64,000 bases of DNA from an uncultured Actinomycetes bacterium (GCA_963704885.1 CAVPIB010000004.1:1-64000); one strand, 5' to 3'; positions 42,276 to 52,180 are shown, numbered from the stretch's first letter. The notes: generated from the letters alone by a model not told the origin. Translations and numbers: made by a program.

Positions 42276-42893
42276 TCAGACCTCCTCTCGATCGGTCCGA
42301 GGGTACAGGGCATCCTCCACGAGGGATGCCAACAGCTGCTCCACCGCCAAGTGACATTCCTGGATGTGTGCCGTGACCGCGCTCGGTATCTGGATGGCGA
42401 CATCGGCGAGCGGTGCAAGCTTGCCGCCGGACTCACCTGTAAGGGCTATCACGAGGAGGCCCTGTCCTTGTGCGCGCTCCGCCGCGCGGATGACGTTCGC
42501 GGAGTTCCCGCTGGTCGAGATCGCGATCAAGACATCCCCCTCGCGCCCGAGCGATTCCACCTGGCGCTCGAAGATGCCTTCGGGCCCGAAGTCGTTCGCG
42601 ATGGCGGTGAGCAGCGACGTGTCGGTGGTGAGGGCGATCGCCGGGATCGACGGGCGAGGGTTGTCGATCGTGAGCGTGCTGACGAACTCCGTGGCCAGGT
42701 GTTGGGCGTCGGCGGCGCTGCCGCCGTTGCCGCAGATCAAGATCTTCCCTCCGCCACGGAGCGACGTGACCAGGAGCGCGGCGGCCGACGCGATGTCGTC
42801 CACGCACCGCTCCTGCACGCGTCTCACCGCGTCTGCGGTCTCGACGAGGTAGGCGCGGGCAGTCGCGCGAACGGCATTGGCGTCCATCGTCAC
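42276..42893 (-). CDS. gmhA: D-sedoheptulose 7-phosphate isomerase
   Basis: CGNGGSAADAQH, TAIAND, STSGNS, HIQECH. Confidence 0.9.
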   Translation of the reverse strand: MTMDANAVRATARAYLVETADAVRRVQERCVDDIASAAALLVTSLRGGGKILICGNGGSAADAQHLATEFVSTLTIDNPRPSIPAIALTTDTSLLTAIANDFGPEGIFERQVESLGREGDVLIAISTSGNSANVIRAAERAQGQGLLVIALTGESGGKLAPLADVAIQIPSAVTAHIQECHLAVEQLLASLVEDALYPRTDREEV

Positions 42894-43945
42894 GCTCCCT
42901 CGCGGTCTGGGGCCCACTCGTCGGGTCCCCGGGTCGCGCGGACGCCCGTGGCCGACATGGAGAAGGGCGCGAACTGACCGCCGAGCCGCTCCAGCTCGCC
43001 TCGGACCGACGGTTGAGCGGACGGCCGGCAGTACAGGAGCAGGTAGCCGCCGCCTCCAGCGCCGCAGATCTTGCCCCCGGTGGCTCCCGCCGCCTGCGCG
43101 AGCGACAGCATCGCCTCGATCGGAGTGTGTTCGGCGATGTGCGGGTTCATCCGCCGCTTGGCACGGAAGGCATCCCGGAGAGATGCGCCGAGCTCGTCCA
43201 CGTCGCCCGCCTCCACGGCATCGCGCATGGTGTATGCCAGCTCGTGCAGCTGCTTCATCCCGAGGATCGTGTCCTCACGCCCCTGTCGGTAGAGGGCGAT
43301 CTGCGTGTCGATCAACCCGACGTTGCGCCTGACGAACCCCGTGTAGCAGAGCATCAGGTTCCGGACGAGCCGTGACATGACGTCGGGGTCGGCGCGTACC
43401 GGCGAGACTCGGACGCCCTCCGCCGAGAACTCGAAGAGGTTGAAGCCGCCGTAGACAGCCGCGTACTGATCCTGCCAGCCGCCGCTGATGCCCAAGTCGT
43501 CCCGCTCTATCGAATAGGAGAGGTGGGTCAGCTCGCCGGCGGTGAGCGGCTTGTCCCCGAGCATGGCCAGACCTGCCACCGCGGCCGTAACGAGTGCTGA
43601 CGAACCACCGAGGCCGCTTCCGGCCGGCGCCTCGGATCCGATCGACATCTCGATCCCTCCGGGAACCCCGACCCGCTCGATCGCGGCCTTCGCCAGATCC
43701 ATCACGCCGTCGTAGACCGGTCCTTCGTCCAGGTGGTACTCAACGAGTTGATCGAGGTCGAGCGATCGGACGACCACCTGTCGATCGTCGCGAGGCACGA
43801 TGGTCACCCGGACGTAGTGGTCGATCGTGGAAGAGAGCACCGCGCCCCCGTGCTCCTGGAAGTAGTGCGGGAAGTCGGTCCCTCCGCCGACGAAACTGAT
43901 GCGAAGTGGCGCGACCGCGTGTATCGGGTCTCGATCGGAGGACAT
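42890..43945 (-). CDS. hddA: GHMP kinase, D-glycero-alpha-D-manno-heptose 7-phosphate kinase-like
   Basis: APLRISFVGGGTD, PAGSGLGGSS, GWQDQYAA, KICGAGGGG; coupled to gmhA. Confidence 0.82.
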   Translation of the reverse strand: MSSDRDPIHAVAPLRISFVGGGTDFPHYFQEHGGAVLSSTIDHYVRVTIVPRDDRQVVVRSLDLDQLVEYHLDEGPVYDGVMDLAKAAIERVGVPGGIEMSIGSEAPAGSGLGGSSALVTAAVAGLAMLGDKPLTAGELTHLSYSIERDDLGISGGWQDQYAAVYGGFNLFEFSAEGVRVSPVRADPDVMSRLVRNLMLCYTGFVRRNVGLIDTQIALYRQGREDTILGMKQLHELAYTMRDAVEAGDVDELGASLRDAFRAKRRMNPHIAEHTPIEAMLSLAQAAGATGGKICGAGGGGYLLLYCRPSAQPSVRGELERLGGQFAPFSMSATGVRATRGPDEWAPDREGA

Positions 43946-43994
43946 GGCCGGACCAGTCTAGGGCGTGATGCTCTGCCGGTGCCGTCCGCTGGCT

Positions 43995-44273
43995 TCAGGC
44001 GACCTGGCGCTGTACCCGCCGACGCTGCTGCTCTGTGAGTCCCCCCCAAACGCCGTAGCGTTCCCCGCTCTTGAGCGCCCAGGCCAAGCACTCCTCGCGG
44101 ATGCGGCAACCGCCGCAGAACGCCAGTGCGGGCCCCGCCTCGTCTTCGGAGACGGGGAAGAACAGATCGGGATCGATACCGAAGCATGCCGCTCGGTCTT
44201 GCCAGTAGTCCGGTGGGGAAGGGTTCGCCGGTAGCGTGTTCAGGTCGATGTCCGCGAACCGCTCGATCCTCAA
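43995..44273 (-). CDS. WhiB family transcriptional regulator
   Basis: WQDRAAC...DPDLFFP...CGGC...C...GVWGG; AAGGAGG before TTG 44273. Confidence 0.92.
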   Translation of the reverse strand: MRIERFADIDLNTLPANPSPPDYWQDRAACFGIDPDLFFPVSEDEAGPALAFCGGCRIREECLAWALKSGERYGVWGGLTEQQRRRVQRQVA

Positions 44274-44413
44274 CAGACCTCCTTCCCCTCGATCCGGGCT
44301 CGGCAGGCCCGGTGGGACCCGATTCATACCAGCGATGGGCCCTCCAAAGGAAGGGGTCGAAGGCAGGCAATCTGCGAACCCCTGGTGGGCGGACTCGAAA
44401 TGACCCGAACGGG

Positions 44414-45214
44414 CTAGTCCGCTATAGGTGAAACCGAAGCGCCGTCCGAGGTCGAGAGCGCCAGGTCCGCTGCCGCCCAATCCACCGCGGCGATGAGTAC
44501 CGAGCCGTGGTCGCGCGCCGGCGCCACGCTGGTGATCGTGCCCACCGGCGCTCCGGCCGTGTTCAGATGTTGTCCCGGAGCAACGACGCCATCCGTTCGG
44601 AGATGCCGCAGGATCCTCGGCGGATGCCCGAGGTTCCGGATCTTCGCGACCGACTCCTGACCCAAGAAGCATCCTTTCTGGAAGTCGATCGTCCGCTCGA
44701 GTCCCGCCTCGGCCGGAAGCGCACCGTGCGGGAAGTCCACGCCCATGACGGGGTCGCCGCTTCGGACGCGCCAGATCTCCCAAGCGGCGGAGTCGACCAC
44801 GACCTCGTCCGCCCCCGTGGGTGCGTGTTCCGTGAGATGGCCCGACGCGATGTGCTCGAACATCGAAGGCCGTGTCGTCATTTCCTCCAGCGTGACGGCC
44901 GACGACAAGACGTAGGGAGCCAGGATCCCTGCGATCGACTCCGGCTGATCCCCATGCTGCAGCAACAGGAAGGAGCCGTCGGAGCGATCTGCGAGCGTGA
45001 GGTCCGCGCGGATCCGGCCGGTGGGGGATAAGAGCAGCGACCGCCGGGACGTACCCGGCTCCAGGGTCGCCACGTCCGCGGTCACCAGGTCGCCCAGCCA
45101 ACGGCGCGAACCGTCCCCGCGGACGACGACCATGCGCTCTCCTGACCGATCGCGGAACGCTCGCCCCTCATCGAGCGCTTCTAGCTGCTCCTCGATCGTC
45201 GTCACGGATGCCAT
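44414..45214 (-). CDS. YgfZ/GcvT-like folate-binding protein
   Basis: KGCFLGQE signature, LLSPTGRIRAD. Confidence 0.85.
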   Translation of the reverse strand: MASVTTIEEQLEALDEGRAFRDRSGERMVVVRGDGSRRWLGDLVTADVATLEPGTSRRSLLLSPTGRIRADLTLADRSDGSFLLLQHGDQPESIAGILAPYVLSSAVTLEEMTTRPSMFEHIASGHLTEHAPTGADEVVVDSAAWEIWRVRSGDPVMGVDFPHGALPAEAGLERTIDFQKGCFLGQESVAKIRNLGHPPRILRHLRTDGVVAPGQHLNTAGAPVGTITSVAPARDHGSVLIAAVDWAAADLALSTSDGASVSPIAD

Positions 45215-45241
45215 GGTCCTCTGGGAGCATCATCTCAAGCG

Positions 45242-46375
45242 ATGGACGTTCCCAAGACGCTGCTGGTGACGAACGACTACCCGCCACGGGTGGGCGGGAT
45301 CCAGCGGACCCTGGAGGCACTCTGGCGCGAGCTTCCTCCAGGCCGCGTGGCGGTCCTGGCCCCGACCTGGGAAGGCGCCGACGAGTTCGACGCGCGAGCT
45401 CCGTACCCGATCCTTCGGCAGCCCGACCGCTTCGTCTGGCCGACGACTGTGTTCAGGTCGCGGCTGGACCGCGCCATAGACGAGCTTGGTGTGGAGGTCG
45501 TGGTGTTCGGTGACGCGTTCCCACTGGCCATGCTCGGTCCTGGTCTAGCCCGGCGTGGGACGCCCTACTTGGTCGCCGCCCACGGGTTCGACTACTGGCT
45601 GTCGGTTGTCCCTGGGGCCCACGCCCTCATGCGACGCATGACGTCCTCGGCGTCGCGTGTCCCGGTCATGTGCAGCGAGTTCATCGCGCGCACCGTCCGA
45701 ACCGCCGTGCCACGGGAGGTCCCCGTTTCCGTTCTGTATCCGGGAGCCGACCTGAAGACGTTCCGGCCAGATCTACCCACCGCCGACATCCGCGAAGCGC
45801 TCGGCATCGGCGAGCGGCCACTCGTCGTCTGCGTCAGCCGGCTCGTGGCTCGCAAGGGGCAGGACGTGTTGATCCGAGGGATGTCCAGCGTCCGCGAGAG
45901 GGTCCCGGAAGCAGCGCTCCTCATCGTGGGGGGCGGTGCGGACGAGGCGCGGCTGCGTTCGATGGCGGCCGAGGCGCCTGCGGGTTCGGTCTTCTTCGCC
46001 GGGCAGGTTTCCGAGGAGGAGCTACCGCGTTACTACGCGGTGGGCGATGTCTTCGCCATGCCGTGTCGGACGCGGATGATGGGCATGGAGGTCGAGGGAT
46101 GGGGGAACGTCTTCATCGAGGCCTCGGCCTGCGGGAAGCCCATCGTGGTCGGCGACTCGGGGGGAGCGCGCGAGACCGTCGTGGAGGGCGAGACCGGGTT
46201 GCTGGTTCAGGGCGACGATGTTTCCCAGGTGGCCGACGCCGTGAGTGAGCTGCTGGCCGATCCGGCCAAGGCACGAGAGATGGGGGCGGCAGGCAGGGCG
46301 CGGGTCGAGGCTCGTCACGCGTGGCCGGATATCGCGGGGCGTCTTGCCCGTTGGCTGAGCCAAGCCGCGGGGTAG
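45242..46375 (+). CDS. GT4 glycosyltransferase, PimB-like mannosyltransferase
   Basis: TNDYPPRVGGIQ, VSRLVARKGQD, FAMPCRTR, EGWGNVFIEA. Confidence 0.88.
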   Translation: MDVPKTLLVTNDYPPRVGGIQRTLEALWRELPPGRVAVLAPTWEGADEFDARAPYPILRQPDRFVWPTTVFRSRLDRAIDELGVEVVVFGDAFPLAMLGPGLARRGTPYLVAAHGFDYWLSVVPGAHALMRRMTSSASRVPVMCSEFIARTVRTAVPREVPVSVLYPGADLKTFRPDLPTADIREALGIGERPLVVCVSRLVARKGQDVLIRGMSSVRERVPEAALLIVGGGADEARLRSMAAEAPAGSVFFAGQVSEEELPRYYAVGDVFAMPCRTRMMGMEVEGWGNVFIEASACGKPIVVGDSGGARETVVEGETGLLVQGDDVSQVADAVSELLADPAKAREMGAAGRARVEARHAWPDIAGRLARWLSQAAG

Positions 46376-46420
46376 CCGTGCCTGGTTCGTTCCTCGCGGG
46401 ACGGGGGGTACGCTGAACCC

Positions 46421-47134
46421 GTGGTGGAAACCTCTGCTCACCAGGCTGAACGGCGGTGCAGGCGGTGTGACGCCGTCCTGTACGAGGGCGCCGAGTGGTG
46501 CGGCATGTGCTTCGCTCCCGTGAACGAGCCCGAGGTCGAGCCCGAGGTCGAGCGAGTGAACGAGTCGGAGGAGGAAGCACCCGCCACCGTATCCGGCTCG
46601 ACCGTCCCCGCGGACGACCAGCCGGCGGAACGCGCAACCGTGGCGGCGACCGTCGGACCGAAGACCGCAGGTTGGCCGTGTCCGGTCTGCGAGAGCCAGA
46701 ACGGGCTCGATCTGGATGTCTGCGCCACGTGCGGCACGGCGTTCGCGACGCTCATGCGGGAAGAGAGCCTAAAGTCGAAGGTCGACCCGCAGGACGCGTT
46801 CCGGCGCTCGCTGGTGTATCCGGGCCTGGGCCATCGGTTGGTGGGCAGGGCGCTCGACGGTTTCGCGCGCGGCGTACTGTTCGGGATGCTCCTGCTGGCG
46901 ACCCTGATGCTGGGGTTGTCGGGGGCATCCAGCGGCGCCGTGCGCTTCCTGTTCATCACGTACGCGGCTGCCACGATCTCGGTCTATGTCATGACGGCCT
47001 TCGAGGCTCGACGACTGGCGGAGGGCGGCGACCTGTTGGTGTCATCTCGCGCGCTCTTGTGGGCTACGGTCGGGATCCTGCTTCTCTCGATCGTGATGGT
47101 GGCCCTCGTCATCGGCACGGCGACCAGACGCTAG
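46421..47134 (+). CDS. Double zinc-ribbon membrane protein
   Basis: CRRC/CGMC and CPVC/CATC; PGLGH; three TM segments. Confidence 0.75.
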   Translation: MVETSAHQAERRCRRCDAVLYEGAEWCGMCFAPVNEPEVEPEVERVNESEEEAPATVSGSTVPADDQPAERATVAATVGPKTAGWPCPVCESQNGLDLDVCATCGTAFATLMREESLKSKVDPQDAFRRSLVYPGLGHRLVGRALDGFARGVLFGMLLLATLMLGLSGASSGAVRFLFITYAAATISVYVMTAFEARRLAEGGDLLVSSRALLWATVGILLLSIVMVALVIGTATRR

Positions 47135-47146
47135 GATTCCGGCGCG

Positions 47147-47587
47147 ATGGAACACGCGGAAGGGTCGACGATCATCGAGGCGCCTCTCGAGGACGTGATG
47201 GAGGTCCTGGAGGACTACGAAGCGTATCCCGAGTGGTCGGAGGTCCAAGCGGTCGACGTGTTAACGCGCGGCGAGGGCGGGCGGGGGACGGAAGTGGCGT
47301 TCGAGGTCGACGTCCCAGTGCTCGGCAAGGCCGCCTATACGCTCGCCTACGTCTACGCCCCAGGTGATACCGGTTTGTCGTGGACCACCAAGGAAGCCCG
47401 CGGCGCGATCCGCGACATCCGCGGCGAGTACCTGTTGAACGAGCTCCCCGACGAAACGACGAAGGTCACCTATCGTCTGGCGGTTGAGCTGGGGGTGCTG
47501 GTCCCGGGGTTCCTACGAGCAGAGGGGGCCAAGCGAGTGATCGAGAACGCGCTGGAACGTCTGAAGCGCCGCGTGGAGATGGGCTAG
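47147..47587 (+). CDS. SRPBCC (polyketide cyclase-like) protein
   Basis: DYEAYPEW, TKVTYRL, ALERLKRRVE. Confidence 0.85.
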   Translation: MEHAEGSTIIEAPLEDVMEVLEDYEAYPEWSEVQAVDVLTRGEGGRGTEVAFEVDVPVLGKAAYTLAYVYAPGDTGLSWTTKEARGAIRDIRGEYLLNELPDETTKVTYRLAVELGVLVPGFLRAEGAKRVIENALERLKRRVEMG

Positions 47588-47635
47588 ACCGTCATCTGAG
47601 CTCCGACCCTAAGCCATCCCCCGTAAGCTGGCGCC

Positions 47636-48835
47636 GTGCGCGTGATCCTGTTCACCGGGAAAGGCGGCGTCGGCAAGACGACGGTCGCCGCGGCGACGGC
47701 CGTCCGGGCGGCGCGCTCAGGTCAGCGGACGCTGGTCATGAGCACGGATCCGGCTCACTCCCTCGGCGATTCGTTCGAGGTCGAGATCGGATCTCGCCCG
47801 ACCGAGATCGCCCAGAACCTCTGGGCCCAGCAGATCGACGCGCAGGAGCGCCTGGAGGGCAACTGGCGAGAGATCCAGGAGTACTTCATCCAGTTGATGA
47901 GCTGGGCGGGCACCGAAACGATCCAGGCCGAAGAGCTCACAGTGATCCCCGGGCTGGATGAGATCTTCAGCCTGATCGACGTCCGAACTTACGTGGAGAG
48001 CGGCGACTACGACATGTTGGTCGTTGACTGCGCCCCGACCGCCGAGACACTCAGACTGCTGTCCCTCCCTGAGGTCATGAACTGGTATATCGAGAGGATC
48101 TTCCCCGTGGAGCGCCGGGTGGTGAAGACCCTTCGCCCGATCGTCTCCCGCATGACCACCCTGCCGATCGCGGGCGATCAAGTGTTCAGCGCGGTCGAGC
48201 GGCTACACCGCAACCTACAGGCGGTGAAGCGGATCCTGACCGATGAGGACGTCTCGACGGTGCGTCTGGTGGTGAACCCCGAGAAGATGGTGATAGCCGA
48301 GGCTCGACGCACATACACATACCTGGGGTTGTTCGGTTACCGGGTGGATGCGGTAGTCGTGAACCGCATCATCCCCGAGGAGGTCACGGATCCGTACTTC
48401 GGCAAATGGAAGGACGTCCAGGCAGAGCATCTGCTCACGGTGCACGAGTCCTTCGAGCCGGTACCGATCCTAACCGCGCGGCTCTTCGACAGAGAGATGG
48501 TAGGTGTGCCGCTCCTCGTCGAGATGGGCGACGAGGTCTATGAGGATCGCGATGCGACCGAGATCTTGTATCGCGACGACCCGATCCGTGTCCGCAAGCG
48601 CGGGACCGGGTACGTCTTGTCCATGCGCCTCCCGTTCGTGTCGCGCGACGAGATGGATGTCCACCGCCGCGGGGAGGAGCTCTTCGTGCGCGTCGGCTCG
48701 TACAAGCGGAACCTGATCTTGCCGCAGACGCTCAAGCGGATGGTGGTGCGCGAGGCGAACTTCGCGGGCGATCACCTGGAGATCCTCTTCGGTCCATCGC
48801 CCGAGACCGCGGACGTGGCCCCTGGAAGGAGTTGA
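47636..48835 (+). CDS. ArsA/Get3-like ATPase with C-terminal Hsp20-like domain
   Basis: GKGGVGKTT, STDPAHSL, DCAPTAETLR, C-terminal ELFVRVGSYKRNLILP. Confidence 0.9.
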   Translation: MRVILFTGKGGVGKTTVAAATAVRAARSGQRTLVMSTDPAHSLGDSFEVEIGSRPTEIAQNLWAQQIDAQERLEGNWREIQEYFIQLMSWAGTETIQAEELTVIPGLDEIFSLIDVRTYVESGDYDMLVVDCAPTAETLRLLSLPEVMNWYIERIFPVERRVVKTLRPIVSRMTTLPIAGDQVFSAVERLHRNLQAVKRILTDEDVSTVRLVVNPEKMVIAEARRTYTYLGLFGYRVDAVVVNRIIPEEVTDPYFGKWKDVQAEHLLTVHESFEPVPILTARLFDREMVGVPLLVEMGDEVYEDRDATEILYRDDPIRVRKRGTGYVLSMRLPFVSRDEMDVHRRGEELFVRVGSYKRNLILPQTLKRMVVREANFAGDHLEILFGPSPETADVAPGRS

Positions 48836-48839
48836 TCCG

Positions 48840-49133
48840 ATGACGCAGGAGACCGAACGGCCGACCTCGGGCTCTACCGAGGAGCCGTCACAGGACGCCG
48901 AGCAAACTAGGAGCGAGCGCCAGAGCGATGCCGGGCATGTTTGCAACGTCGCGTTCTGTCCGATCGGGCTGGCGCTTTCCGCCGTGCAGCCGATGAAGCC
49001 CGACGTCATCGAGCACCTGTTGGTAGCGGGTCGCGAGTTCTTCCTGGCGGCGAAGGCGGTCATGGACGCGCGCGCCGAGCACCTCTCGGACGACAGCGGC
49101 TCCTCTACGTTCGAGAAGATCGACATCGGGTGA
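48840..49133 (+). CDS. Small conserved-type hypothetical protein (CxxxxCP motif)
   Basis: CNVAFCPIG, PDVIEHL, ends EKIDIG; between ArsA and ROK genes. Confidence 0.75.
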   Translation: MTQETERPTSGSTEEPSQDAEQTRSERQSDAGHVCNVAFCPIGLALSAVQPMKPDVIEHLLVAGREFFLAAKAVMDARAEHLSDDSGSSTFEKIDIG

Positions 49134-50080
49134 GCGCCGGGCAAGACGCCATCGGCCTAGACGTAGGCGGCACCAAGACCGCCGCCGCTCGAGTATCGGC
49201 CGACGGTTCCATCCTCGCCCGCGCGACGCTGCCGACGCCCGCCGACGACATGGTGGCGACGCTCGACACCATCCTCGAGGCTGCGCGCGCCGTCCTGTCC
49301 CCTGGGGTGCGGGCGATAGGGATCGCCGCCGCCGGCCTGGTCGAGTCGGCCACCGGCATCCTGCGCTTCGCCCCGAACCTGGCATGGCGAGACGCCTCAT
49401 TGGTCGAGCACCTGAGCGGCGCTCTCGGGCTCCCGGTGGTCGCCGAGAACGACAACACGGCGGCCGCCTGGGGGGAATTCCGATCCGGGGCGGGTCGGGG
49501 CTACGGACACATGTTGCTGGTGGGTGTCGGCACAGGGATCGGCGGCGGGATCGTCGCGGATGGTGTTCTCTTCCGCGGAGCACACGGGTTCGCTGCCGAG
49601 ATCGGACACATCGTCGTTCAGCCCGATGGCCCGCTCTGCGGTTGCGGGAACCGCGGGTGCTGGGAGCAGGTGGCATCGGGTCAGGCGTTGACCAGAGCCG
49701 GTCGACAGGCGATGCGTGGCCGCGACCAGACCCTCCTCCGTGACCTGGCGGGCAGCGATCCCGATCGGGTGACCGGACCCATGGTGACGAAGGCCGCCCA
49801 GGACGGTGACGCCGTGTCGATCGCGATCATCGCCGAGGTGGGCCGGCGGTTGGGCGAGGGGATCGCCGGCCTGGTGAACATCCTCGATCCAGAAGTTGTG
49901 GTGGTCGGCGGCGGGGTGGCCGACGCGGGGGAACTCCTTCTGGGCCCGGCCAGGGAGGCGTTCCGTGACACGGTCGAGGCGGTGGATCGTCGGCCCGATG
50001 TGCCACTGGTCCATGCGGAACTCGGGAACGATGCCGGCGTGGTCGGCGCCGCGATGCTCGCCCTGGAGTCGACCGCGTGA
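49130..50080 (+). CDS. ROK family glucokinase
   Basis: DVGGTK, END, GTGIGGG, EIGH, CGCGNRGCWE. Confidence 0.9.
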   Translation: MSAGQDAIGLDVGGTKTAAARVSADGSILARATLPTPADDMVATLDTILEAARAVLSPGVRAIGIAAAGLVESATGILRFAPNLAWRDASLVEHLSGALGLPVVAENDNTAAAWGEFRSGAGRGYGHMLLVGVGTGIGGGIVADGVLFRGAHGFAAEIGHIVVQPDGPLCGCGNRGCWEQVASGQALTRAGRQAMRGRDQTLLRDLAGSDPDRVTGPMVTKAAQDGDAVSIAIIAEVGRRLGEGIAGLVNILDPEVVVVGGGVADAGELLLGPAREAFRDTVEAVDRRPDVPLVHAELGNDAGVVGAAMLALESTA

Positions 50081-50964
50081 AGATCGGCGTATCGCTCCCG
50101 GTGTTCACCGCGGACCCGGAGCGTCCGCTCCAGGTCGCGAGCCGGGCCGCGGCGCTTGGCTTCGACGGCGTCTTCTCGCCGGACCACTTCTTCCCGCCGG
50201 CGTTCTATCCGCCGTCGGGACCCGACCGTCCCGCTCTCGAGGCGTTCACGCTCCTCGCGGCCGTGTCCGCCCGCAACCAGGGCCTCCACGTCGGCACGCT
50301 CGTCGCCCGCGTCACCCTGCGAGCGCCCGGCATGCTCGCGAAGCAGGCCGCCGCCCTCGATCAGATGAGCGGTGGCCGTGCGATCCTGGCGCTCGGTACC
50401 GGCGACAGCGCCTCGAAGCCCGAGCACGACATGTTCGGCCTCCCGTTCCCGCCGACCGCTGATCGCGTCGCGATGTTGGAGGAGACCGTCACGGCGCTGC
50501 GCGCCGTCTTCGCGGGTGAGTCCTGGCCGGGGGGCTCCCAGGTCCCTCCGCTCTCCGGCCCCCTGGTGCCACCCGGATCGCCCGAGCTGTGGGTGGGTGG
50601 GCGATCCGAAGGGGTGTTGAGGGTGGCGGCTCGTGTAGCCGACGCATGGAACGGATGGGGATACGACGCTGAGGGGTTCAGGTCGCGGGTCGAACGCCTG
50701 CGCGAGCTGGCGGAGGCTCGTTCGGTCGCGCCTACGTGGGGCGGCATAGCTCTGGTTGGGGCGGACCCCTCCGAACTGGTTGGGCTGAAGCGCGACCGGG
50801 AGGCCAGAGGGCTTCCCCTCGACGGTGTGTGGACCGGTACGGCCTCCGAGCTCCAGGGGTTCGCGAACGAGCTGTCGGCCGCCGGCGCGACATGGTTCGT
50901 GGTGCTGCCTGTCGGGCCCGCCGATCGACTCGACCTGATCGCATCGGCACTCCTGGATCGATGA
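50077..50964 (+). CDS. LLM class flavin/F420-dependent oxidoreductase
   Basis: GFDGVFSPDH, LAKQAAALDQMSGGRAILALG, WVGG. Confidence 0.87.
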   Translation: MKIGVSLPVFTADPERPLQVASRAAALGFDGVFSPDHFFPPAFYPPSGPDRPALEAFTLLAAVSARNQGLHVGTLVARVTLRAPGMLAKQAAALDQMSGGRAILALGTGDSASKPEHDMFGLPFPPTADRVAMLEETVTALRAVFAGESWPGGSQVPPLSGPLVPPGSPELWVGGRSEGVLRVAARVADAWNGWGYDAEGFRSRVERLRELAEARSVAPTWGGIALVGADPSELVGLKRDREARGLPLDGVWTGTASELQGFANELSAAGATWFVVLPVGPADRLDLIASALLDR

Positions 50965-51551
50965 ACAGCGCCGACCTCAAGCGTGCGAAACGGGCGGTCC
51001 GAGCCGAGGTTCTCGCGGCCCGAGATGCCCTTGCGCCAGACGAGAGAGCGCGCTGCTCGCTCCTGATCCGCGACCGGTTCCTCGCGCTCCCCGAGCTCGA
51101 GGCCGTCCGCACGGTCATGCTCTTCTGGTCGTTCGGCTCCGAGGTCGACACGGCCCCGCTCGTGAAGTCGCTCGTCGAGCGAGGCGTCCGAACCGCACTG
51201 CCGCGGATGGTCGGCGGCGAGCTCGAGCCTCGGACGTACCGTCCTGGCGACCCGGTAACCGAGACCGTCTTCGGCGCATGCGAGCCGGCTGCCGGCGAGG
51301 TGCTCGATCCCTCGGCCCTCGACGTCGTGGTGACGCCGGCGGTCGCGTTCGATCGCGCCGGACGGCGGGTCGGGTACGGGGGTGGCTACTACGACAGGCT
51401 CTTCGGTAGCGCGCGTCCTGGTTCGCTGCGGATCGGGGTCGCCTTCGACGTGCAGCTGGCGGACGGGGATCTGCCGGGTGGGCATTTCGACCTCCCGGTC
51501 CACGCGATCGTCACCGGATCCGAGGTCGTGCGATGTCCACCCGCCGCCTGA
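50961..51551 (+). CDS. 5-formyltetrahydrofolate cyclo-ligase
   Basis: SEVDT, PAVAFDRAGRRVGYGGGYYDR. Confidence 0.93.
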   Translation: MNSADLKRAKRAVRAEVLAARDALAPDERARCSLLIRDRFLALPELEAVRTVMLFWSFGSEVDTAPLVKSLVERGVRTALPRMVGGELEPRTYRPGDPVTETVFGACEPAAGEVLDPSALDVVVTPAVAFDRAGRRVGYGGGYYDRLFGSARPGSLRIGVAFDVQLADGDLPGGHFDLPVHAIVTGSEVVRCPPAA

Positions 51552-52171
51552 GGGTCCCCGCCCCGCGGCGGGGCGATCGCCGGCTGCCGTGGAGGAAGGC
51601 AGCGTTCGCCGCCCTGGACTTCGAGGCGACGGGGCTCGACATCTCGCGCGACAGCATCGTGTCCTTCGGAGTCGTGCCCGTGCTGGAGGGACGGGTCGTC
51701 CTGCGGAACTCGATCCATCAGCTGGTGGAACCACACGTTCCTCCGTCCGTGAGATCCCAGAAGATCCACGAGCTGCGGCCACAGGACCTGGCAGGGTCTC
51801 CGAGGCTGGAGGAGGCGCGCGAGGTGCTGCGAGGAGTGCTGGCTCGTCGGTTCCTACTCGTGTGGTTCGCAGACGTGGAGGTGAACTTCCTGGCTGCCAT
51901 ATTCGGTGGACGGTCCGGGACGTGGAGGCGCCGGACCATCGACGTGCGTAACCTGGCGATCGAGGCCGACGGTCTCCCCGGCTCCAAGCGAGTCCAAGCG
52001 GGCTACGGCCTCTCTTGGGCGGCAGCACGCCTGGGGGTCCCAGTAGCGAATCCCCATGAGGCTTTCGATGACGCTCTTGTCACGGCGCAGCTGTTCCTGG
52101 TGTTGACTGGCAGGCTGTCGACGACGAGGGTCCCAACCGTCGCGGACCTGCTCGAGTTGGCGGGGGACTAG
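51533..52171 (+). CDS. Stand-alone DEDDh 3'-5' exonuclease-like protein
   Basis: LDFEATGLD, HEAFDDALVTAQLF. Confidence 0.82.
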   Translation: MSTRRLRVPAPRRGDRRLPWRKAAFAALDFEATGLDISRDSIVSFGVVPVLEGRVVLRNSIHQLVEPHVPPSVRSQKIHELRPQDLAGSPRLEEAREVLRGVLARRFLLVWFADVEVNFLAAIFGGRSGTWRRRTIDVRNLAIEADGLPGSKRVQAGYGLSWAAARLGVPVANPHEAFDDALVTAQLFLVLTGRLSTTRVPTVADLLELAGD

Positions 52172-52180
52172 AGCCGCGGG

